Part shown: piece by piece, positions 54,754 through 64,000 of the stretch | How positions within the stretch are numbered: position 1 is the stretch's first letter | How the letters are laid out: the number at the start of each line of letters is the position of its first letter | Assembly (NCBI GenBank): GCA_013265495.1 | Contig: MU058584.1 | Location: forward strand, 3,850,508 to 3,914,507 | Source: Vicugna vicugna | Taxonomy: Eukaryota | Direction of reading: 5' to 3' | DNA length: 64,000 nt | The notes under the pieces: generated by a model | The model's input: only the letters and a program-made list of their open reading frames with translations | What the model was told of the DNA's origin: nothing | The model's database searches: none | Position numbers and translations under genes: made by a program

Positions 54754-57700
54754 TCATCCTGGGAGAAGTCTGCCTTCCAGAAGTGTTCTTATTGCTGCCC
54801 AACTCTGAACCTCCCCCTTGAGCAGAGAAGGGCAAAAGCGAGGACAGTGTACAGTGACATGTGAATACATCTCCCAGTTTGGTGCCCCGTGTTTTTCCCA
54901 CCTCTCTGGTGAGGGTCTGGAGTTGGATGGGTGGAGGGGGTGGCCAGAGGAGAGGAGACAGCCACAGAAATAGCTACCGTGGGAGAAGCACTTCACTCCC
55001 TCTCTGCCCTGCTAAAATCCCAGAGAGAGGTGGGGAGTGGAAACGGACAGTACCGCTATCTCCAGGTTTCTGTTGGGGCCCTTCCATGCTGGAACCAAAA
55101 CATAGGACGTAAGACAATGGATGCTCTGGGTTCATGCTAAAGGGGTGGCAGGACCATTTTTCCAGGGAAATCCTGGCAGGGTTAACTATGAATCATGTTG
55201 ATGCTGGTTTAAGGTGAACACAATGGAGATAAGTGTGCATCCACTCTCCTCCCAATGTTGTCTTCTTTATTTCATCTTTGTCAGTCATGTTGGGGGATTG
55301 TGGGCAAGGTGGGTGATGAGGGAGCAATCATTTCCAATTACTACCAACCACAAAGCACACAAAACTGAATGCAGATCACTCCTCAGTCATTGACCACTGG
55401 TTCTACCCAACAACATAGGGTCATTCCAGGATGGGATCAAGATATACAACATTGAAAGTGACCCCCTGAAAGCACCACTATAAACATACGTATCGACTAT
55501 ATTTTTAAAAGCAAATCAACTTAAAAAAAAAACCTTCAATTAGTGGGAATCCAACTATCTAGAACTCTTACTTAATTAGGATTGTAAACTATAAAGAAAA
55601 GAAAGAAGCAAAATGATTTTTTAAAAAGATTAAAATAATAATTATTTATTGTGTCACTTCCATGTGCCAGGAAGTTGCTTATGTAATATTTACACCCACC
55701 CTCGGGAAATCCTAAGTGTTTAAGAGGGTAAGTAACCTAGCCAAGATCATACTACCATTTGCAAGTGGCAGAACCAAAATTCAACCCCAGGTGCTGTGCT
55801 CGAATCTGCTGTGCTGTATTTTATCTTTTTTTGTTGTTGTGTATTTTGGGGTTTTGTTTTTTTTTTTGAAGTCCTAAGTCTTGCAGTGGGTAAGAATCTT
55901 GCACGTGCTAGGGTAGTCATCAGTGCTGTTCACCAAATATTTTCAGATTTCCACCTTTTGGACACAGAAAATGGAGAATCGTTCCTGGCCCCCTCCTGGC
56001 TGGGTGGGGCCGCGTGACTGATTCGGGCCAGTGAGTTGTGAGAGGAAGTAATAGAAGCGATGTGCGTCATCTCTGGATGAGGGCATTTAATCATTGATGA
56101 GAAACCTCCCAGAGCTCTCCTCCCTTCTGTGAATGGCCACGTTCCAGCTCCATCAGCATAGGCCCTGAAATGAGGACCCAGTCAACCCCAGGTAGATGTC
56201 TTGCGTTGTGTTGTGTTGTGTTGTGTGCCTGAGCTTTGGAGGTTATCTGCTGCTGCAGGGTACTCTGGCCTACCCTGGCTGATACTGCCACAAGCTGGAG
56301 AGTACAAAAATGTACCACTGTTTCCATTGAACTGAGCCCTCACTTCTACCAATGTAAAAAAATCTAGTCTTGCCCATTCAACCCACTTTGCAATGTAATG
56401 CTCACTCATGTTTTGACGGGAAAACTCTTGGTCAAGGTTCTGTCCTTTGTCTTCCTTGCCCGGAGGGGCTTCTGGAGAGCCATTGTAAGTGGCGGGTAAT
56501 GGAGAGAGTAAGAAGAGTAGTTAAGGGCCCCACAGCAAGGAGAGGTACAAGGCGGGACTTTTGCCCTAAAGTTGTCTTCTCATTTGCAGACCATCGCGGC
56601 CATGTGACTTTCCTCTTGACCTTTGCAGTGAGTGTCCAGCACTGCCATGGCGTCCAAACACCAAACAGAACACTTGGCCACCTCCTCACCCCAATCAAAG
56701 GCCTTTGGGGTCTCCTAGTCCTCTCACACAGTTCTCCCTCCACACAAATCTCTGAACCTCAAGGCCTTTAAGACCCTGTGAGGTAGTCCTTGAGTCGTTC
56801 ATTGTCTACAGGGACCACCGCTGACACCATGCCACGTCATGCGGAGGGTGGTTCTTTCTTTAAGAGTCATGCCATCTCCCTAGGCTATACCCTGGGGGGC
56901 AAGGCACAGATGCCTGCTTATCTCAGGCCCCACCCCCCTCAACTATCTGAGGTTCCTATCAATCTTGTCCTACACCCAGCTGCTGGGATTAAACCCAAGG
57001 GGAGGGGGGGGTAGCGGTCAAGGTTTAGACCGTTCTCACAAGGGAGCTCAACAGTGTTGCCCCCTCTTGTTCCTCTTTTCCAATTCTCTCTTTCCCTCCC
57101 TCTTTGGAATAGAAAACTCTCTTCTGTCAGTGCTGCTCAAAGTTCTGGTTTGCAACAAGAGAAGGATTGGTGCCAGTGCGTAAATCAACACATTGCTTCC
57201 TTCATCAAGGAAGTCTGGCTACTGGGGGAGAAAAAAAGTGCCAACTGAACTAAACAGTGTTCCTGGTAATAAAGTTGATTTACCTTCTGTTATGAGCTCC
57301 TTATCTCAGTAATAAACAGTTCTCAGGAGGCAGCCGATTTTGCTGTGCATTCCTCCCTGTTCTGTGGTTTGTGGATAAACATTATGCCCAGCTTCCTTCC
57401 GGAGTTGGCTTTTGATGTTCAAAGCCAGCTTTGGGGATTTAAAAAAAACGTCACCACTCTCTGGTACCTAGTCTTTCAAGACTATTGTTTCAGCTATGAG
57501 TTTAAAACAACCCCATTTAACCATCCAGTTGCCTTCTTTGTTCCGTCTGTGTCTACCTCATCCTGAGAATCGTTTTTTTTTAAAAATCACTGCTGAGAGG
57601 GAAAAAGCTAAGATTTCCACCTGGTGCTGTTGAGGTTTTTCAATGTATTTCCTGTTTCCCCCTTGGACCATTGCATGGTTTTTAAGGTAAAGACTTATTC

Positions 57701-58607
57701 TATAAATGAGAATTCATTTTCTGAGTATTCGGATTAATCAAAATTTGCCTAGGGCTTTGTGTAGATGATTTTTTTTTTATTGCCAGTCATTTTGAATCTG
57801 TTCTCTTCTAACAGCACACATCGTCAGAAAGGTGTCTGACTTCCAATGATGTTAATTAAGAATTTGTTATGATATGAATAAATGCTTCTGATAACATGAG
57901 CTGAAAAAAGTGGGTTACAATATTGGGTTGCAGTGTGAGAACGACTTCAACAATAACCCTGAAAAGGCTGGGAAAAACAATAGAAATAAGTAAGTTTATT
58001 CATATTTTTAATTTATATAGTATTCTTTAATAGAGAAGATAATTTTATTTTTCAAGGGGACTGAATTTCCCAATTGACTTACAACTTGAGCAACACATTA
58101 ATCTTGTTTATGTTTAGCCTTACATTGCTCTTTAGATGGTTTATCTCCCCAGCTTCTTTTACAAGTATCTTTTCTACAATATTTGAATAACTTTAAAAGG
58201 TAATCAGACCCTTCAATTGTCATTCCTTATTATCATCACCAACCCATTTACGACCCCTCCCCTTATACCTGATCATCATTCTAACCCAGCCCGCAGGTAC
58301 CCAAATTTGCCACATGTCAAGGAGTATGTGTGTATCCCCACACACTGCACATGCATTGCTGATTCATGTGCAAATGTACTCCCAGTTTGCAAGACTGGCA
58401 CAGTGCTACTCTGTGCCATGCGCTCTCTTACTTTGCTCATCCAGTGCAATGTCTTAAAGATTTATCCTATTACCAAAGATGTCTTATTTCCTATCTCAGA
58501 AGACAGTGAGGCATCTCAAATTCCTTACAGAGGCTATGAAGTGTTTAGAATTTAATTGTGAGATGACCCAGACCCTCAATTACCAGGGTCTGAAAAAAAC
58601 TGTTTGT

Positions 58608-59020
58608 AGATTTTTTGAGGTGTATTTCACATAGTGCAATATTCAGCTATTCAACATCTACAATTCAGTGGTTTTAGTGTATTCGCAACATTGTGCAACA
58701 ACCACTACTATCTAATTCCAGAAAGTCTTCATCACCCCAGAAAGAAACCCAATACCCATTAGCAGTTATTTCCCTTTCCTTTCTCCCCCTAGACCTTGGC
58801 AACCGCTAATCTACTCTCTGTCTCTACGAATTTGCTTATTTTGGACATTCCATATAAGTAGAATCTTACAACGTGTCATCATTTGTGACTGGCTTCTTTC
58901 ACTGAGCATAGTGTTTTCAAGGTTCACCCCCAATAAAACATGTATCAATATTTTTTCCATTTCCTGGTTAAATAATATTCCATTCTGTGGATATTCAGTA
59001 TTTTGTTTATCTATTTGGCC
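58608..59020 (-). mobile_element. L1MB-like 3' fragment
   Basis: TACAATTCAGTGGTTTTAGTGTATTC...TTCATCACCCCAGAAAGAAACCC...TTGGCAACCGCTAATCTACT...GACTGGCTTCTTTCACTGAGCATA. Confidence 0.85.
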
Positions 59021-60238
59021 TCTAGAATTTGAAGTGCATCAATTCTAGTGCCTAAAATACAGTCAGTTCGGACAGCATTGTGTTACATATTTTCCATCAA
59101 GTCGTTAGAGTAAGTTATGTCTATTTTCTTTAAAAACAATGTAGGGATCTCAGCAAGATGAAAGGGAAAAAAGAAAGGAAAAGATTTGGGGAAAAATACG
59201 AAATTTCTGTATCTTTCTCTTCTTTCAGAAAAATGGAATTCTATGCCAACCAGAAATGCTTTCCCACATTTTTCCTGTGCCTACACATCTCTGTGTACTT
59301 TCCTAAGGCCCGAGAATTCAGAGCACACGGTGCTGTGCCAGCTGGGCGCTGAGTCCCCAGCAAGTGTTGAAAAAGGACAATGAATGAATGAAAGTCACCC
59401 CCTTGCTCATTTCCTCTGGCTCTCTAACTTGCCCCCGCCCCCCACCATGCTGGTTGCTGCAGTGCAGGTGGTTGAGGAAGCAGCAGCTGGGGGAGCTGCA
59501 GAAGAGGTCAGCGGTTAAGCTTAATTACAAGTCAACACCATTTCTCTGGGACTACTGCGGGAAGGGCGAGCAGATAAGATCAGTGGAAGTGCTTAGAGGG
59601 CCTTGGAAGGCAGACCATCTACAAATATAGGATTGGCTTTTATTGTCGCTGCCGTTAATAAAACAGATGTTCTCAAAGCATTCCTCCAACCAGTGACAGG
59701 ACTTGGAAAATTGCAGGCTCTTTATTGGTTGCTGAAACCAAATAAAAATCAGATTAAAGTTTAATTCATCTCATAATTTTCTCCATGGCAGCTCTCCTGG
59801 GCCAGCCTGGAGGCAGAGCCAGCCTCCTCCTCCTCTATGGCGAATCTCACCTTCAGCCCGAAGCCCCCAGAGGTCAGCCACTCCTTGTCCCTCTCCCAGA
59901 GGCCCACTGTGGGTGATGTTCACAGCTGGAGAGGGGGCCAGGGCTCAGGCCAAGATGTAAAAACACTGGCAGCTGCTGGATGATAGCAGAGACGACTTCC
60001 TTCTTCTTCTCCCTAAGGTCTCCATAGCAACCAGGGGAAGCTGCTAGGTATCCCAGCTATGTGACCTGGGCCATGCATATCCCCCAGGCTCCGGAGGGGG
60101 CTAGACCAGAAACCACATAGACCATGTCCACCTTTATAATTTTTATACCCGGGACTGTGCCTGAGATGATGGGGGTTCAATTAATAGTTCACACATTTAT
60201 TCAACACATTTTCCTATTCACTTAATAAAAGAATGAAT

Positions 60239-60385
60239 GGGGGAGGGCACAGCTCAGTGGTAGAGCGCTTGCTTAGCTTGCACAAGGTCCTGGGTTCAAT
60301 CCCCAGTACCTCTGTTAAAAATAAATAAATAAATAAATAAATAAACAAACCTAATGACCTCCCCCCTTAAAAACAAAACAAAACA
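60239..60385 (+). mobile_element. Vic-1-type SINE
   Basis: GGGGGAGGGCACAGCTCAGTGGTAGAGCGCTTGCTTAGC...; (AAAT)n tail; TSD AAAAGAATGAAT / AAAAGAACGAAT. Confidence 0.9.
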
Positions 60386-62340
60386 AAAAGAACGAATAAA
60401 TACACGAAGTCATTTTCTAGCTGCTTCCTTTTTAAAGCCTCCATTATTCTTTCATCTTCTTTCTTCATTCCTGCCTACCTGCCTTCCTTTTTTTTTTTTT
60501 TTTTTCCTATTGTATAACAAAAAGTCTAAGACTCCTGGGGTATCAGTCCAACCTTGGCAGGTGATTCCACACGTGCTGGGAGTTAACAGCCTGTCACTGA
60601 CTTCGTACACTCAGAATTGGGTTTTGCCCTTTGAAAGGCATCGAGTGCTCTGCAGGTACAAGCCAATGACCTCTTCATCCCAACCAGATAAAACACAAAG
60701 ACGAGGAGAGAATGGTGATGTAGCCAGGAGGTGAAGGAGCACACTGGCACCAAGCATAGTCTTCAAGGTCAAGAAGAGCCTCAAGAAAAACCGTTGCGTT
60801 GGCTGCAATAGGAAAGTCAGAGCTTAAAACCCAGGCAGAGAGACAGGTCCTCCTCAGAATTCAGCCCCTGCTCATTCACTCGCTCAGCTGTTCATGTAAC
60901 ATCCCTGTGCCTGCACAGTGGGCTGGACCATGCAGAAATGAATGGGACTAGAAGGCTGTCAGAGAGGGGTCTGCAGGCTCATAGGGAGGCCATGTGGAAA
61001 TGAATTGTCGCCCCACAGCAGAGACATCAAGTGCAGATGGTACAACGGAGGCGGTGGAGAGATTCCAAGCGAGAACGACTTGACCCAGTGTGGGTTTTGT
61101 AGAGTGAAGACCAGCTCAGGAGAGGAGTGTGAGAATATGAGGATGGAAAAGAGGAAACAAATTAGAGAGAGACTGTTTCTCAATCTATCTTCAGTCTCTG
61201 AGGTAGACACTCCCTCCACCAGGCCTTTTGTCTCCGCACAAATTCTGAGGCCATCCTAAACTTCGTATTTGTGGTAATGTTGATCTTTGCACATTTGAAT
61301 GGGAGTTTTTCTTTAAAGGTCAAGAGACAGTCATTGTATATCTTTTGGCATAAGGTTAAAGAGAAGAGGATACGGAAGTCATGCCATTGTTAAAAGAGGG
61401 TTTTCACTTGGTTCTAAAAAACATAAAGCGTGTTCTGAAAATGCATACAAGCCTAACAGCTTCTAGTTCCTCTTTCAGAGAAGTAGCTGAGCAGAGTTAA
61501 GCGTTCTGATTTTAATTCATGAACCAGGAAATCTTTCCTGGCAGATCCTGGTGAGTTTCAGTTTGGCTGCTGACAGATAGAGAGATGTGTTTTCTACAGT
61601 GCCTTCCCCTCCATTCCATGTCCCATTGCCCATAATCTTCAGAACAGGCCACAGACGCTGACAGAGTGTTGTCACCCCACAGTCTGAAGAGCTGAGATTT
61701 GCTCCACAGATGGCCCAGAGCCAGAGAGGGACTTTCTCAGCAGCATGTCCTGGTCACATGGTGGCTACATGTAGGCTGAGGGTCACTCCCTGAGAGAGAT
61801 TTTGTCTTTCTACCCTTCTCCCTCACCTCTAAAAAAATTTAGCATTTTTCTGGACAAGATTGGGCTTACATCAACGTAATGCTAAAGAAGGCTGTTAAGA
61901 AGGAGAAAATCCGGGAAGGAAAAAAAGAAGGAAATGTTGGAAGAGAAATTGGAGAAAGGGGAGGAGGAAGATAACGAAGAAATTGGAGAAGCCAAGAGTT
62001 AGGGGAAAAAAAGAAGAAGAAGAAGGAGAGATAACAATAGTGCTGACTTTCTAGGGTTGTTGGGAAGATGAGAGAATGTTTTTCGGAGTCTTTGCACGTT
62101 ACCTCCATGGAAAACTCTTTCCTCGGTGTTCTCACTTTCTCCATTCACTTCAAAAGTCAGCTCCCAGCGAGGTGGTCCTTGCTCTCCCCGTGTAAAAGCC
62201 ACTCCCTGACATCGCTCTCTAATTGCTTAACTGGTGCTACTGCTCTTCACAGCTGTAAGTACCATCTGCCATCTTATATGTGCATTGGTTTCTTTTTCTT
62301 CCCTCAAAAGAATCTAAACTTCACCAGTACAAGGACTATT

Positions 62341-62482
62341 TCTTTTTTCCTTTTCTTTGCGGCGGGGAGGGGTAATTGGGTTTATTTATTTTACTTATTT
62401 TTAGAGGAGGTACTGGGGATTGAACCCAGGACCTTGTGCATGCTAAGCATGCACTCTACCTCTTGAACTATACCCTCCCCCC
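62341..62482 (-). mobile_element. Vic-1-type SINE (minus strand)
   Basis: Reverse complement reads GGGGGGAGGGTATAGTTCAAGAGGTAGAGTGCATGCTTAGCATGCACAAGGTCCTGGGTTCAATCCCCAGTACCTCCTCTAAAAA. Confidence 0.9.
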
Positions 62483-62721
62483 ATTTTCCTTCTTTTTTTT
62501 TTTTAAATGGCTATAAATGTTTATTTCAACTAAAAAAAAAAAATGAAGCTTAAGCATTTCCAAAACTCCTGCAAACTAAGAGCAGCATCCTATAAGAAAC
62601 ACCTGATAGAAAGATCTGAAACTCTTTGTCCAATTATTTTTTTCTAACTTGGTGATTAACTCAACTCTGTCCAGAGCATTTGAATAACATCTTGGAAATT
62701 GTTAAAGTATATTGCCTACCA

Positions 62722-64000
62722 TTTTCTTTCTTTTTCTTTTTCTTATTGAGGTATAATAGACATACAACACTACATTCATGTCATGTGTACAACATGGTGA
62801 TTCAATATTTGTATACATTGCAAAATGGTCACCACAATGTCTAGTTAACATCTCTCACCGTACATAGTTACGATAACCTTTTTTCTTATAATGACACTAT
62901 TAATATCTACTCTCCTAGCAACTTTCAAATATGCAACACAATATTATTAACTATTGTCATCATGCTGTGCATTACATCCCCATGACTTATTTTATAACTG
63001 GAAGTTTGTACCTTTGACCCCCTTCACCCATTTTGCTCACGCCATTACCCCCTGCATCTGGCAACCACCAATCTGTTCTCTATAGCTCTGAGTTCAAGGT
63101 TTTTGTTGAGCTTTGTCTTTTTGATAGTGGCCATTCTAACAGATGTGAGGTGATATCTCACTGTGGTTTTGGTTTGCATTACCCTGATAATTAGTGATGT
63201 CTTTTCATGTACCTGTTGGTCATCTGTATGTTTTCTTTGGAAAAACGTCCATTCAGATCTTCTGCCCAGTTTTTAATCAGAGTGTTTGTTTGGTGTGTGT
63301 GTGTGCGTGTGCGTGTGCGTGCACGTGTGTGTATGTTTTGCTACTGAGCTGTATAAGTTCTTTATATATTTTGGATATTAACCCTTTATGTGGTATATGA
63401 TTTGCAAATATTTTCTCCCATTAAGTTGGTTACCTGTTCATTTTGTTGATATTTCCTTTGCTGTACAGAAGCTTTTTAGTCTGATGTAGTCCCACTTGTT
63501 TATTTTGCTTTTGGTGATAGATTCAAAAAATCATCATCAACTGGGGAGGGATAAATTAGGAGTTTAGGATTAACAGATACACACTACTGTATACAAAATA
63601 GATCAACAAAGACCTACTTATAGCATAGGGAACTATATTCAATATCTTGTAATAACATATAATGGAAAAGAATCTGAAAAAGTATATATATAGATATAGA
63701 TACATATATATGTATATATCTCATACTTCCCTTAATATGATAATTTCCAGGTCCACCCATGTTGCTGCAAATAGCATTATTTCATTCTTTTTTATGACCG
63801 AGTAATATTCCATTGTATATATATACAACTTCTTTATCCAGTCATCTGTTGATGGACATTAGGTTGCTTCCATGTCCAGGCTATTGTATATAGTGCTGCT
63901 ATGAATATTGGGGTGCATGTATCTTTTCAAATTAGAGTTTTCTTCACATCTATGCTCAGCAGTGGGATTGCTGGATCATATGGTAAGTCTATTTTTAGTT
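62722..64000. mobile_element. Cluster of L1 fragments: minus 62722-63540, plus 3' UTR 63541-63720, minus 63721-64000
   Basis: L1 3' hallmarks GGCCATTCTAACAGATGTGAGGTGATATCTC, GGGAGGGATAAATTAGGAGTTT and CATGTTGCTGCAAATAGCATTATTTCATTC. Confidence 0.85.

Noticed and set aside
56570..56640. Exon-like unit (TTCTCATTTGCAG ... GTGAGT, ~38 nt) with an HNF4-like TGACCTTTG
   Set aside because: An isolated splice-site pair is common by chance; no partner exons or coding similarity.
60239..60312. tRNA-like cloverleaf heads here and at the six other SINE sites, as possible tRNA genes
   Set aside because: Each continues into the same SINE body and A-rich tail, most with TSDs, and none has a T-run terminator. 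They are SINEs.
60770..60830. Peptide KKNRCVGCNRKV, resembling the start of the ZFAND5/6 AN1 zinc finger
   Set aside because: Only ~12 codons, bounded by nearby stops, with no further Cys/His ligands or flanking similarity. Probably chance; TBLASTN with ZFAND5/6 would settle it.

Overview
This window is eukaryotic mammalian genomic DNA, most likely from a camelid (alpaca, llama or camel), judging from seven copies of a tRNA-headed Vic-1-type SINE. The only protein-coding gene I can support is STYXL2 (DUSP27), a muscle-expressed dual-specificity pseudophosphatase on the + strand. It has a probable non-coding first exon ending at 2211 and five coding exons (2791-2900, 16067-16161, 19702-19933, 21754-21971, 26968-29792). 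These splice in frame with GT-AG introns into 1159 aa, and a likely ATTAAA poly(A) signal lies at 30288. Positions ~30.3-64 kb look intergenic and are filled with L1, L2, MIR, LTR and hAT relics, microsatellites and one 28-N assembly gap. Nearly all other ORFs in the track are shadows or repeat-derived. I see no evidence of a new multi-gene system. The most unusual items are a ~20-nt retrocopy of the 28S rRNA 3' end with an A tail and target-site duplication, an intronic CpG island upstream of the giant last exon, MEF2/MCAT/E-box clusters, a degenerate 15-bp periodic array, and a false duplication at the gap. Repeat subfamily names come from recalled consensus sequences and need Dfam/RepeatMasker confirmation.
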